Notes: generated by a model not told the origin, from the sequence alone. Counted from the stretch's first letter, positions 1 through 11,911 are shown. The stretch is 64,000 nucleotides of DNA from an uncultured bacterium (GCA_963801165.1 CAWDDT010000013.1:32001-96000), one strand, 5' to 3'. Made by a program: numbers and translations.

Positions 1-1975
1 CAGGGTGATCACCGGAGCGGTCGTATCCACCACATCAACCGTCCGCACCACCTGCGTCGCAGCATTGCCCTCGCTATCGGTCACGTCGTAGGTAACCGAA
101 TACGAACCCAGCACCGATGCGTTCACAGAAGACGCATCAATCACGATCGACCCGGTCAAATCGCCATCGAGATTGTCCGTTGCAGTTGCCCCCAACTCGG
201 TGTATGCCGACCCAACCTCGACAGTCTGCGGATTCGCCCCTGTCAAGGTGATCACCGGCAATGTGGTGTCGACGACCTGCACGGTACGGGTCCGCTGCAC
301 CGCAGCGTTTCCGCTGCTGTCGGTCACGTCGTACGTCACCCAGTACAACCCGACTGTGGCAGTGTTCACAGCAGAGGCGTCGATAACGATCGAACCCGAA
401 ATGTCACCGTCATAGTTATCCGACGCGGTCGCCCCCAGCTCGGTATACGACCCACCCACCTCGATCGTCTGCGGGTTGGAACCGACAAGCGAGATGACAG
501 GCAATGTCGTATCCACCACATCAACCGTGCGCACCACCTGCGTCGCAGCATTCCCCTCGCTATCGGTCACGTCATACGTCACCGAATAAGACCCCAGCAC
601 CGATGTGTTCACAGAAGACGCATCAATCACGATCGACCCAGAAATGTCGCCGTCATAGTTGTCGGTCGCGGTCGCCCCCAACTCTGTATACGACCCACCA
701 ACCTCGACCGTCTGCGGATTCGCCCCCACCAACGTGATCACCGGCAACGTCGTGTCCACAACACCGACCGTGCGCAGCACCTGCGTCGCAGCATTGCCCT
801 CGCTATCGGTCACGTCATACATCACGGGGTACGACCCAACTATCGACGTGTTCACCGCCGACGCGTCGATCACGATCGACCCAGATATGTCGCCATCGAC
901 ATTGTCGGTTGCGGTTGCCCCCAACTCCATATACGACCCACCAACCTCGATCGTCTGCGGATTCGACCCCACCAACGAGATCACCGGAGCGGTCGTATCA
1001 ACAACATCAACCGTGCGCACCACCTGCATCGCGGCATTGCCCGAGGAATCGGTGACGTCATACGTCACCGAATACGAACCCAGCACCGACGTGACCACAG
1101 CAGACGCATCAATCACGATCGAACCAGAAATGTCGCCATCGACATTGTCCGAAGCGGTCGCCCCCAACTCGATATACGACCCACCAACCTCGATCGTCTG
1201 CGGATTCGACCCCACCAACGAGATCACCGGAGCGGTCGTATCAACAACATCAACCGTGCGGGTGGCCTGAACCGCCGGGTTGCCAGAGGAATCGGTGACG
1301 TCATATGTCACTGAATACGACCCCAACACCGACGTGTTCACCGCCGACGCGTCGATCACAATCGACCCGGAGATATCACCATCATGATTGTCCGAAGCCG
1401 TCGCCCCAAGCTCCACATACGCCGAGCCCACCTCGATCGTCTGCGGATTGGCTCCAACGAGCGTGATCACCGGCACCGTGGTATCAACAACATCAACCGT
1501 GCGGGTGACCTGAACCGCCGGGTTGCCCGAGGAATCGGTGACGTCATAGGTCACCGAATACGAACCCAGCACCGACGTGATCACAGCAGACGCATCAATC
1601 ACGATCGAACCAGAAATGTCACCGTCGATAGTTGTCCGGACGCGGTCGCCCCCAACTCGATATACGACCCACCAACCTCGATCGTCTGCGGATTCGACCC
1701 CACCAACGAGATCACCGGAGCGGTCGTATCAACAACATCAACCGTGCGGGTGGCCTGAACCGCCGGGTTGCCAGAGGAATCGGTGACGTCATATGTCACT
1801 GAATACGACCCCAACACCGACGTGTTCACCGCCGACGCGTCGATCACAATCGAACCTGACACATCACCTTCGACATCGTCGGTAGCCGTCGCCCCCAACT
1901 CCACATAGGACGCACCTGCCTCAATGGTCTGAGGATTCGACCCCAGCAACGTGATCACAGGAGCCTCTGTGTCGG
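1..1975 (-). repeat. Intragenic tandem array of 243-bp (81-aa) Ig-like repeats
   Basis: Motif atcaccgg/atgacagg/atcacagg recurs at 8, 251, 494, 737, 980, 1223, 1466, 1711, 1954 (243-bp period, one +2 offset). Confidence 0.9.
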
Positions 1976-4868
1976 CGACCACGACGACGAATGCCGAGAA
2001 CTCAGAAGTGCCCCCGTACGACCCACCGCCGAGGTCTTTCGTTGCCGTTGCGGTGATGATGTCCCCCGTCGCGCCCGCAAAGGAGGTGCTGTACGAGACC
2101 GACCCGCCTGGATGGGAAGGCACCGCGTACGACGAAACGAAGTTCTCGCCTTCGCCGTAGCCTGTCGGGTCGCCGGCGGCGTTGGTGAAGAGCTCGATCC
2201 GGTAGTCACCCGCAGGCACGTCGAGATCGAAGTCGACATAGACCGTACCACCCACCTCGACCGCCGAGGTGATCTCCGGGAAGTTGAGCAGATCGTTGGC
2301 GCCGGTGTCACCGTCGCCCGCATCGTTGACGGTTACGCCATCGCCGCCAATGTCGATACCCAGGCTCGAATCGTCCCAGATCCTGTTCCCGAGAATTGTC
2401 ACCTCGGCGTCCGACGCCGAGATACCGAGGGCCACGCCCACTCCGGAATTGGCGATCCGGTTGCCGGCACCGGCAGCCGTTCCGCCGACGGTCGCCGTTG
2501 CGCCGCCGTAGATAACGATGGCGTTTGGGCCGTTGCCGGCGGCGCCCCCGTTTGCCAGCACGCCGATGTCGTTGCCCTGGATCAATGTGCCGGTCGCACC
2601 CGTGCCCGATGACCCAATCGCTAGTGCGCTGTTCCCTGCTAGTAGATTGCGTTCGGCAGGGGTGGTACCGCCTATCCGATTGTCCACGGAATTGAGTCCG
2701 ATCCACACGCCGGCAGTATTCCCGGCGGCAGTGGCTCCGCTCGGGTCGACACCAAGATGGTTGCCTGTCACGACATTGTTCGATGAATTCCAGATGACGA
2801 TCGCCTCGTCGTTGTAGTCGTCGAAGTCCGTGATCGAGAGGCCACGTATCACGGAGCCATCGGAACCTGTATTGAGAGCGAGGCCGTCTTCGTTCGATCC
2901 GGTCAAGAGCGCTCCCGATAGACGGATCGCCAGCGAACTATTGAGATTGGCAGGGAACGCACTCGAGTTGGCGGTGGCACCCGGTTGGGTGGTTCCGTCG
3001 ATCGTGACCGCGTCCGAGATACCAGGGAGTTTGGAAGCCACGGCAATCGTCCACACACCGGAGCTGTGCGCCGGGTCGCTCACCGGTAGGCTGAACTCGA
3101 TCGTGTCGACCGTCGCTGTGGCATTGGCCTCCTCGATTGCTGCCCGCAGCGTGCACTCGTCAGCGCCCTCGGAGTTTGTGCCACCTGTGTCGCAAACACC
3201 GTCACCGGGAGTAGCATCCGATCCGTCACCGGTTGAGTTGACGACGACGGTGGTCGGTGCGGGGTCGACTGTCAGCGAGGCGGTGTCGGTGTCGGTGTGA
3301 CCGTTGCCGTCGTCGACCTGGAGCCCGATCGTGTAGCTGCCCGGCGCCGTGATCCCGTAAGTCTGCAACGTCGCCCAGGTGACGGTTGGACCGACCCCTG
3401 TGGTGTCGCCGTAGCCGAGGTCGTTGTCGAGATCCCAGGCGTAGGTGAGCGAGTCCGCATCGGGGTCGGAGGATCCCGATCCGTCCAGCACGAGACTGTT
3501 GCCCTCGGTGATCGTGTATGCGCCGCCGGCATCGGCGGTAGGTGCGCTATTGACAGCGACGTATTCGTATGCCCCGATGTCGGGCGAACCATCTCGCGCA
3601 ACGCCGCGCTGGTCCGCAGCCGGGGCTCCGCTGGTGGTGCCGTTGTCGATCGCCTGGCTCCCCGCGGCGAGCGCATGTGTGGGTGTGGGACCGCCGTTGT
3701 CGGCTAGAGCCTGAAGCAGCGGATCGACGCCGGTCCGATCGGACCCGATCCAACCCGTGGACCCACCCACGACACCGATGATGTTGTAGCCGAGGCTATC
3801 GAAGCTGCCGTTGCCATCGGGGTTGCCCCCAGTGTTGCCGGCGATGATGGTGTTGCGCACCGAGTCGTTTGACCGTTGGCGGCCTGCAAGCCCGCCACTC
3901 TGGGTGGCACTGTTGTTCGTGACCGTCACGTTCACAAGACTCGATGAGATCTCGTTGTACACTCCGCCGCCGACGCTCGCCGAGTTGCCGGACAGGGTGA
4001 CGTTGGTCAGATTCAGGCCGCCGCCGGCACCGCCGACGTAAATCCCGCCCCCATTTGCGTTGTTCGAGTTGTTGTCGATCAAGCGTGCTCGTGATGGTTG
4101 CCGGTCCTGAGGCAAACAGCCCGGCTCCGTTGACGTTCGACGTGTTCCCGGTGATCCGCGAATCGTTCAGATTCAGGGTGCCTGCGTTACGCATCGCGGG
4201 AGTTTGCGGCTGTTGCTGACCACCACCGAATCAAGAGTCATCGTTGTGTCGGCACCCACATAGACAGCCGACGCATTGGCATACGCCAGCCCATTGGTGA
4301 TCGTCAAGTCGGAGATCGACGCCGTGAGCGTTCCACGAATCTCGAAGATCCGGTCGGCTCCGTTGCCGTCGATGATCGGCGAACCGGCGCCGGCACCGGC
4401 GATGGTGACCGAGTCGGTGAGGTCGAGATCGCCGGTGGCCGCCGCGATTCGTCTCCGTACCGGCGATCTCGCCAGGGTGTAAGTGCCGGCGGGGATGTTG
4501 ATCGTGTCGGTCCCCGCCAGAGCGTTGGCCTCCTGAACGGCGGCCCGCAACGTGCACTCGGGGGCACCGCCGACGAGGTTGCCCGTGGCGCAGACACCAT
4601 TGCCCGGACTGAGATCAACCCGGTCCGCCGTTGAGTTGACATTGAAGGTGGAGGCGGCAGCAGCCGAGCCTATGCCAAAGGCGACCTGGGCGAACACCAC
4701 GGCCAGCGCCAGCGCCAGCGCGGCGAGCTTGTCCGGAGACAGCAGGCCGCCCCGCCCACGGCCCACCGCCTCCTGCCATGATTCGAGGGGGGTCTCGAAC
4801 AGGAGGGCCGCCCGACTGCCGAAACTGTCGCCCGGGAGGAGATGCGGCGAGCGCAGCTTGGCAACCAT
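1..4868 (-). CDS. Giant secreted/surface protein: signal peptide, two CSLREA-type domains, beta-helix/choice-of-anchor-like region, PKD domain, at least 8 DUF5011-like Ig repeats; frameshifted and running off the left edge
   Basis: ORF pieces 4173-4892, 3796-4194, 1599-4115 and an open frame from ~1620 to 1. Motifs [18 protein letters not shown] (twice), [19 protein letters not shown] (PKD) and [19 protein letters not shown] repeats. Frame breaks near 4195, 4090 and 1630. Confidence 0.85.
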
Positions 4869-4937
4869 CAGGACTGCCCCACGACGGCACAAGAGCCCGG
4901 ACGGGGCCGGGCTGCGGAGATCGGGACGAGCGCAGTG

Positions 4938-6398
4938 TTAGGGAACACGCGCCGCCTGTCCAAGGATCGAGGCAGCATGGGTCACCGGACGTCGAATTGC
5001 GATATCGGGACCACTCACCGTCATATCGGGCTCCACCCCGGGTGCCAACGGCACTGCGACACGGAACTCGGTCCAGCCACCGGAGCGTGCATAGTCGATA
5101 CTGCCGCCCATGCCTTCGACGAGGGCTCGCACGATCGACAAGCCGATGCCCACACCGCCCGGAGCCGTCACCAGGCTGCCACGGTGCACGAAGCGCTGGA
5201 AAAGACGCTCTTCGATCTCCCGGGGCACGCCGTCGCCGTTGTCGGCCACAGTCCACTCGTACATGCCGTCGACGACACGCCCGCTGAGCCGGATCTCAGG
5301 GCCGCCGTACTTCCTGGCGTTCGAGATGAGGTTGCGCAGCACCTGCCGCTGCCGCATCCTGTCCACGGAGACCCGGGCTTCTTCAGCCGAGGTCTCGATC
5401 AGGCCGCCGTTGCGGGTCATCGGAGCGACAACCTCGTCGATCTCGTCGGTCGTCCGCACGTCTTCGATCACGTACTTGATCGCATCCGCATCCAGCTGGG
5501 ACGTAGTGAGAAGGTCCTCAACCATACGGTGCAGGTCCTCAGCCTCGTTGGTGATCGTGGTCGCCAACTCGCGGACCGACTCGCTGGCCTCGGAATCCGC
5601 CTCGATCACTTGCGCCATGCCGTAGATAATCGTCAGCGGGGTTCTCAGCTCGTGGGAGGCGTTGGCAACGAAGTCCTCCCTAACCTTGCTGACCGCGCGT
5701 TCGGCCTCGAGGCGCAGCTTGAGCTCCGCCTGCCGATGGAGCCGCAATGACAGCTCGCGGTAGATGAGGATCATCCCGCCGGGGATCAGAAGGGCGAGCA
5801 GGACCTGCGCTACGTCGCCCATACGGGCCATCGCGTGATCGGAGCGGGCGACCACATCGAGCTGCCGGTCTCGCTCCGCTTGGAGGAGGGTGAATGCCGT
5901 CGCATACGGCGCATCGAGCCGTTCGGCGACGATCGTGTTGGCTTCCTCTGATTGTCCGCTTTCGATCAGATCGAGCACCTGACGGCTCAGGGTGTTGAAG
6001 TCGACGAAGGCGTTGGACAGCTCGACGCTGACCTCACCTCCTGATTCCTGGAGCTTGGCCATACCGTCTGCCATTAGGTCGAGGGCACCCGTCGCCTGGT
6101 CGGCGGAAGTGATGAGCTGCTGTTCGACATCCACCGACAGCTCTCTCTGGATCGATGCGAAGTGGTTGGCCATGGCGACCTGGGCCCGAGCGACGGTCGC
6201 CACCCGGAGCGTCTCGTCGGCGATATGCACCGATTCGGCATGCGCGGTGAGACCCTGGGTGCCGTTGGAGACCGAGAAGACGATGGCGCTGACGATGAGA
6301 AGGGTGACTCCGACTGCGGTCGTTACGATCCAAGCGCGATTGTTGTTCGCTTTGCTGCGCCGTACCCTGCGGAGAGCCGTCCCTGGTCCTTCACCCAT
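4938..6398 (-). CDS. Membrane sensor histidine kinase (HisKA + HATPase)
   Basis: Two TM segments, H-box ASHELRTPL, N-box NLISNARKYG, G-boxes DNGDG and GVGIGL. Confidence 0.9.
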   Translation of the reverse strand: MGEGPGTALRRVRRSKANNNRAWIVTTAVGVTLLIVSAIVFSVSNGTQGLTAHAESVHIADETLRVATVARAQVAMANHFASIQRELSVDVEQQLITSADQATGALDLMADGMAKLQESGGEVSVELSNAFVDFNTLSRQVLDLIESGQSEEANTIVAERLDAPYATAFTLLQAERDRQLDVVARSDHAMARMGDVAQVLLALLIPGGMILIYRELSLRLHRQAELKLRLEAERAVSKVREDFVANASHELRTPLTIIYGMAQVIEADSEASESVRELATTITNEAEDLHRMVEDLLTTSQLDADAIKYVIEDVRTTDEIDEVVAPMTRNGGLIETSAEEARVSVDRMRQRQVLRNLISNARKYGGPEIRLSGRVVDGMYEWTVADNGDGVPREIEERLFQRFVHRGSLVTAPGGVGIGLSIVRALVEGMGGSIDYARSGGWTEFRVAVPLAPGVEPDMTVSGPDIAIRRPVTHAASILGQAARVP

Positions 6399-6424
6399 GG
6401 TTATCGTGTCGGCAAAAACCACCG

Positions 6425-6495
6425 ATTCTTGACTACCCGGAGTAGTCAAGAATTCGGTTGTCTCAGGGACTAGTCCCGGGCTAATGATTAGTCGC
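6425..6495. promoter_or_regulatory. Inverted repeats in the divergent kinase/glycosyltransferase promoter region
   Basis: attcttgactac-N5-gtagtcaagaat (6425-6453), palindrome gggactagtccc (6466-6477), further gattagtc half-site. Confidence 0.5.
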
Positions 6496-6606
6496 AGACT
6501 GTAGATTCCGCCTACCCGCAGGAGGTCGGCGCCGACCCGACGGTCACACCGCTCAAGTCACGGGTGTTGCCGCCGACGGGAGACCCATGGCTTCGTCGAG
6601 ATCCAC

Positions 6607-7383
6607 GTGACGGCACGCACCACCGTCTTTTGCGCCGTATGGAGCGGTGACCCCGATCGCCACGAGTTGCTGCTTGGTCACCACGAGACCCTGGCGCACC
6701 AGACCGTCCCCGTCAACGTCGTCTACATCTTCGACAACGGTGACGCTCCCCCGCCCAACACCACCGGCACCCGGATCACCAGCCAGCAGCCGCTGACCAT
6801 CTACCAGGCATGGAACGTTGCGGTGCGCAACTGCACGACCGAGTACGTGATGAACCTGAACCTGGACGACCGGCTCGCTTCGGACGCGATCGAGACGATG
6901 CAGGAATTCGCAGACGCCAATCAGGCTGGCATGGTCGCAGGCGATTGGCACGTCCGATACACACAGCACGAGACCGACGACACCAAAGAGACCTACCGGG
7001 CATCGGCCCTCCCGTTCGACCCGGTGTGGCCACCGGCGGCCGGGTCCGACACCCGGCTCGGCAGCGGGTCAGGCGATAGGGGAACTCTGGGGCCGGGCAC
7101 GTTGTGGCGGCGCCAATTGCATGACCAGGCGCCCTATCCCTGGCAGTTCGCCGACGGAACGCCGATCCGGATCGTGGGCGATCTCGCCTGGTGGACGATC
7201 GTCCGCAAGCACCTCGAGGCACCAGTGGTACGGCTGCCCCTCGTGATCGGCAACTACCACTCACACCCGGGCAACCAGGCCGAATTCCGGAGCACCGACG
7301 AGCATCAGATGCTGAGCACTCAGGGCATCCGGCTGAGCTGGTTCCCCGCCGACGCCGTCACGGTACAAACGGAGAGAACATGA
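6607..7383 (+). CDS. GT2/GT-A-like glycosyltransferase
   Basis: YQAWNVAV..TEYVMNLNLDDRL (GT2 N-terminal signature with DxD-like motif), later GDLAWW. Confidence 0.7.
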   Translation: MTARTTVFCAVWSGDPDRHELLLGHHETLAHQTVPVNVVYIFDNGDAPPPNTTGTRITSQQPLTIYQAWNVAVRNCTTEYVMNLNLDDRLASDAIETMQEFADANQAGMVAGDWHVRYTQHETDDTKETYRASALPFDPVWPPAAGSDTRLGSGSGDRGTLGPGTLWRRQLHDQAPYPWQFADGTPIRIVGDLAWWTIVRKHLEAPVVRLPLVIGNYHSHPGNQAEFRSTDEHQMLSTQGIRLSWFPADAVTVQTERT

Positions 7384-8180
7384 ACGTAGCCATCGACGAT
7401 TTCACTCGATTCCGCAGCCGCCATGCAGGCGAGACCTGCTTTGTCATGGGGAACGGGCCGTCCCTCAACAAGATGGATCTGAGCCTGCTCGACAACCAGA
7501 TCGTTTTCGGCAGTAATGCCGCCTACCTGCTCTACGACCGGATCGACTGGCGGCACCGCTACTACTTCTCCTGCGACAGCCGTGTCCTTCCCGACCATGC
7601 AGCGGAGATCGTGGCCATGCACGAGGACAACCCCGAGATGGAGCTGTTCTTCCCCGCGGTGTTGCATCATTGGGATGGCACCGGCCGGGTCGAGCCGACC
7701 GAGGTCTATCTCCCCCGGGCCACGAACCGCTACTTCTTCCGGCCCATCCCGCTCGCCACCTACCACCTGCCTTTCACTGCGGTATCCGCTGACCTGAACC
7801 AGGGTCTGATCATGCCGTTCACCGTGACGATCAACATGATCGAGGCTGCCGTTTACATGGGTTTCGCCAACGTCATCCTCATCGGCTGCGACACCGACTA
7901 TGTCGTACCCGATGACGTAATCGCCGAGGGCCCCGTCGTCGGCGGCGAAAGATCACTGCTCACGTCGACAAGTGACGACCCGAACCACTTCCACCCCGAC
8001 TACTTCGGGAGGGGTCGCAAGTGGCACCAGCCCCATGCCGAGCGGATGATCCAGCACTACACATGGGCGCGCGACGCCTTTCGAACCCGCGGGGTCAACA
8101 TCGTCAACGCCACCGTCGGCGGGAAGCTCGAAGTATTTCCCCGGGTCGACTACGCAGGTCTGTTCGCCGGCGTCTCCTGA
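7380..8180 (+). CDS. DUF115 / MAF_flag10 (MptE-like) protein
   Basis: MGNGPSLN, AVYMGFANVILIGCD, NHFHPDYF, IVNATVGGKLEVFPRV; ATGA overlap with the upstream gene. Confidence 0.8.
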   Translation: MNVAIDDFTRFRSRHAGETCFVMGNGPSLNKMDLSLLDNQIVFGSNAAYLLYDRIDWRHRYYFSCDSRVLPDHAAEIVAMHEDNPEMELFFPAVLHHWDGTGRVEPTEVYLPRATNRYFFRPIPLATYHLPFTAVSADLNQGLIMPFTVTINMIEAAVYMGFANVILIGCDTDYVVPDDVIAEGPVVGGERSLLTSTSDDPNHFHPDYFGRGRKWHQPHAERMIQHYTWARDAFRTRGVNIVNATVGGKLEVFPRVDYAGLFAGVS

Positions 8181-8917
8181 GGCGCCCGCCGGTACCAATA
8201 ATCGTAGAGATGCCGGAAGCCGAGGCTCTCATAGAGGGCGATCGCCGGTGCGTTGGACGCAACGACTTGCAGGAAGGCATGCCGTGCCCCCTGCGCCGCG
8301 CCCCACGCCAGCAGTGACCTGGTGACTTCGCGCCCGTGGCCGCGTCGTCGCCACCCGAGTGCGACCACGATCTCGAACAAGCCGAGCCAGGAACCATCGA
8401 CAACTCCGAGGCCGGCAGCAACACCGTCACCTCCGTTGGTCACGAGGGCATATGTCGCGGGCAGGGCAATGCGCTCGATGATCCCCCGCCAGCCCGTCCG
8501 GCGTTCCTCGGCAATGCTCCAGAGCTGCGCCATTGCCTGCCACCAGTCATCATCCGGCGTCTCGGGCGGGACTCCGGTACCCGGCGCCATACCGCCACCA
8601 AGATCCGCCACCATCACATGCGTCGGCCGATCCAGTGAGTAGCCCATCTCGGCCAGCTTCTCGTCGATGCCCGGCTCGCAGAGGGGCGTACACCGCACCT
8701 CGAGTCGAACACCGCGCTGGTCGAACCACTCGTGACAGAAGCGAAGCTTCGTCTCGAGCCTGAGGCTGGACTCACCGATGGGAAGAACGGAATTGGCTCT
8801 TCCGGAGAACCCGTCGGCGCAGCGCAGCTCCCAACCGTCGTACTCCACGATCTCCCCGGCCGGCCAGCAGCGATACCCTGCTGCCTCCACCTCCGCTATC
8901 AGATCCGAGCTAGCCAT
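8150..8917 (-). CDS. GNAT family N-acetyltransferase
   Basis: RRRGHG acetyl-CoA motif, LQVVASNAPAIALYESLGF. Confidence 0.9.
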   Translation of the reverse strand: MASSDLIAEVEAAGYRCWPAGEIVEYDGWELRCADGFSGRANSVLPIGESSLRLETKLRFCHEWFDQRGVRLEVRCTPLCEPGIDEKLAEMGYSLDRPTHVMVADLGGGMAPGTGVPPETPDDDWWQAMAQLWSIAEERRTGWRGIIERIALPATYALVTNGGDGVAAGLGVVDGSWLGLFEIVVALGWRRRGHGREVTRSLLAWGAAQGARHAFLQVVASNAPAIALYESLGFRHLYDYWYRRAPQETPANRPA

Positions 8918-9302
8918 CGCTTAGCGCTGCGGCAAGAGCTGCCGGGACCCGGACCGGACGGCCCGTTCGTGACACTGTTGCTGCGGTAATGGTCTGGGTG
9001 ACCAGGAGCTCGTCGCCACGCCGGATGCGTTGGTCGAACGTCATCGACGCACGGCGCAGTTCGACCAGTTCCGACTCGACGGTGAGCCGCTCGCTCGGAC
9101 CCGCCGAACCGAGATAGCGGGTGTGCAGTTCGGTCACGACGAGCTGGACACCGTCCTTCTTGAGCGTCTCGAGCGCGAACCCGACGGATGTCAGCCACTC
9201 GACCCGCGCCGCTTCGAAGTATTGAATGTAGACGGAATGGTTGACGTGCTCGTAGGGGTCTAGCTCGTAGAAGCGCACCACCAGCTCGGTCTGGTGGCTC
9301 AC
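8910..9302 (-). CDS. Acyl-CoA thioesterase (4HBT/YbgC family)
   Basis: VRFYELDPYEHVNHSVY..YFEAAR hot-dog fold motif. Confidence 0.85.
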   Translation of the reverse strand: MSHQTELVVRFYELDPYEHVNHSVYIQYFEAARVEWLTSVGFALETLKKDGVQLVVTELHTRYLGSAGPSERLTVESELVELRRASMTFDQRIRRGDELLVTQTITAATVSRTGRPVRVPAALAAALSDG

Positions 9303-9772
9303 GACGGCGTCTCCGGCTCGGCGAAACCGAGTTGGCGCCATGCTTCATAAATACCGATGGCGGCCGCGTTCGCCAGGTTGAGGCTGCGACCACGTGGTGC
9401 GATCGGGATGCGGACCGCGGCGGTGACGACATCCGACTCGAGTATTGCCGGCGGCAGACCGGTCGACTCCTTGCCGAAGAGAAGCACATCACCCTTCTCG
9501 AAGAAGACATCGGTGTACACGGTGGCCGCATGCTGGGTGAAGGCATAGATCCGCCTACCCTCGACACGCTCGAGAAACGCCACCCAGCCAATGTGACTCT
9601 CCACCGTCGCATACTCGCGATAGTCGAGACCGGCCCTGCGCAGCTTCGCCTCGCTCAGCGAGAACCCGAGCGGCTCGATGAGGTGTAACCGGCAGCCGGT
9701 GTTGACGGTCAAGCGCATCAGATTTCCGGTGTTCGGGGCGATCTCGGGTTCGTGAAGGGCGACGTGAAACAT
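9299..9772 (-). CDS. trmL: tRNA (cytidine(34)-2'-O)-methyltransferase
   Basis: PEIAPNTGN, RRAGLDY, FGKESTGLP, RSLNLAN SPOUT motifs. Confidence 0.9.
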   Translation of the reverse strand: MFHVALHEPEIAPNTGNLMRLTVNTGCRLHLIEPLGFSLSEAKLRRAGLDYREYATVESHIGWVAFLERVEGRRIYAFTQHAATVYTDVFFEKGDVLLFGKESTGLPPAILESDVVTAAVRIPIAPRGRSLNLANAAAIGIYEAWRQLGFAEPETPS

Positions 9773-9981
9773 GGCAGGGAGCTTATCAACCACAAATGGG
9801 CACGGCAGTCCCCCGAAGTCGAACCGGGACGAGGAGGCTGACCGCGAGGTTGGCGATCGTCGTCGCGGCGATCCGGCCTGCTGCGTACAGCAGCAGGATG
9901 TAGCCGGCGGCGGGGCCGGCTCTCGCATTTGTTTGCCGTCCCGCTAGAGCGGCTCAGCCGATCTCATGCTCTCGCCGCGGT

Positions 9982-10290
9982 TTACGTGTCGCTGATCAGC
10001 TTCTTGGCAGTCCGCTCGTCGATAACGAGGTGAGTAGCCACCCCCGCCTGAAGCGCGGCTCGAATCGCCTTAGCCTTGCTGTCGCCCGCCACAGCACAGA
10101 GTCGACGCGGGATCACCTGCAGCTCAGCGGGAGTAGGTCCAGTGGCTCGCTCGTTGAGGACCAGATCCAGGTATGTGCCGCCCTCTCGAAGAAACACCGT
10201 GCACACGTCTCCCACAACACCCTCTCGCCTGAGCAATGCGAAGTCCTCCTGGTCCAGATACCCCGCGCTGTAGACGTGACTCGGAACCTC
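9982..10290 (-). pseudogene. C-terminal fragment of a SorC/DeoR sugar-binding transcriptional regulator
   Basis: GVVGDVCTVF..VAGDSKAKAIRAALQAGVATHLVIDERTA; no HTH or plausible start, similarity ends at ~10290. Confidence 0.75.
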
Positions 10291-11844
10291 CCCAACACGG
10301 CGCTCGAGATGGCAAGGCGCGGCTTTGTCGTCGTATCGGCGGACATGACAGGGCACGGTTCTTCCAGCGGCGCCAACCAGGAAATCGGCTGCGGCGGTCC
10401 GGCCACCCTGTCCTACTTGCAGACCATGCCGGGCGTAGACGCATCACGGATCGGGCTGGTCGGGATGTCCCAGGGCGGGTTCTGCGCCGCGACCGCGGCG
10501 GCCCTGTCGCAGCCCGACGGCTACAGCTCGATCTTCTACATGGAGTCCGAACCCAATCCTCCCGGCCCTCCGATCGTCGACGCCTACATGGGCCTCCACA
10601 ACGTCGCCTGGAACATTGGCGGTTTCACTGAGCTCGGCTTGATGGTCGCGGTCGAGAAGGGCGACGACGCCGTGATGTCTCCGGCTCTGCTCCCGCTATT
10701 CGGCACCGAGGGCCCGATCGTTCCGGATCAAGTGTACGGGTCGATCGCGGACGGCACAGCACGCATCCTCTACACCCCGTTTGAGGATCACGCCCTTTCG
10801 ACCGACTCTCTGGCCGCGATCGGCAATTCGATCGACTGGATGCAGCGCACCCTCACCGACGGCAGCCAGTCGAGCATTTCGCAGATCTGGCCCTTCAAGT
10901 TCCTCGGCACGACGGCTGCGCTGGCGGGTGCCTTCCTCTTCCTGTTCGCCATGGGTGGTCTCCTGCTGCGCACCAAGAAGTTCGCCTCGCTCGTCCGACC
11001 GGTACCCGAATACCGAGGGCTGACCGGCGGGCTCTGGTGGGTCGGCGCAGTCGTCACCACCGCTCTCGGCCCACTCCTGTACCTATGGGTGTGGAACCAC
11101 ATGTTCCTGACGCAATGGGTGAAGGTGAACACGCTGTGGCCGCAGACGTTCACCAACGTCTACATGGTATGGGCGGTCATCATCGGCGTCATCGCCTGGG
11201 CGTTGACCGCGCTCAACCACTACACGGTGACCAAGAAGCAGGGTGCCACACTGGATAGCTACGGCATCGATGAGCCCGGCGGCGGTATCGACTGGTACTC
11301 CGTGGCACAATCGTTGCTATTCGTGGTGGCCGTCCTCGGGCCGTTGTACCTGCTGCTGGCATTCATCAAGGGGGCCTGGCACGTCGACTTCCGCGCCTGG
11401 GTAGTGAACCTGCAGCCGATGAACCTGGCCAGGTGGTACGCCTTCTTCGGCTACCTGATCCCGTTTGCGATCTACTTCGTGGCCCAGGGGGTCCTGTTCA
11501 ACGGATTCCTCCGCTGGAAGAAGGGCAAGGCCCCGATGTGGCAGGAAATGCTCGTCAACTCCATCATGCTCACCTTCGGCGCATTGGTGTGGATCCTCGT
11601 CCTCTACATCCCGCTGCTCAGCGGCGGAACCCAACCTTTCGGTGCGGATAACGCGATCTCAGCCGGCCTCGGTGGGATCTACTATCTGCCCCTCCTGGTG
11701 TTCTGGCCGCTCATCTCGTGCTTGTACACGTACTTCTTCAGGAAGACCGGCCGCATCTGGGTCGGTGCGTTCCTGGTGACGACGTACATTGTCTGGACCC
11801 TGGCGGCGAGCGGGGACTTCGCGCTGTGGCCGATCATCGGCTGA
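10291..11844 (+). pseudogene. N-terminally truncated alpha/beta-hydrolase fused to a multi-TM membrane domain
   Basis: ELARRG-like EMARRGFVVVSADMTGHG, nucleophile GMSQGG, ~8-9 TM helices; upstream frame is the antisense of the SorC fragment. Confidence 0.7.
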
Positions 11845-11870
11845 TCCGAGGTTCTCGGGAATGACAAGGC

Positions 11871-11902
11871 GAGGCCCGGTCGATGCAAATCGGCCGGGCC
11901 TC
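11871..11902. terminator. Hairpin between convergent genes
   Basis: gaggcccggtcgat-gcaa-atcggccgggcctc. Confidence 0.6.
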
Positions 11903-11911
11903 AGCATCGGC

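Noticed and set aside
1-1975. Diversity-generating retroelement TR/VR pair
   Set aside because: Differences are not adenine-specific and no reverse transcriptase is present.
1599-4460. Programmed frameshifting or phase variation in the surface protein
   Set aside because: Breaks are isolated 1-bp indels without slippery or SSR tracts, and a similar one hits the core 7TM-HD gene; sequencing error is more likely.
9790-9930. Structured RNA or a third att site (gtcgaaccg)
   Set aside because: No match to the tRNA-Asn repeat; the minus strand reads as a short hydrophobic gene remnant.
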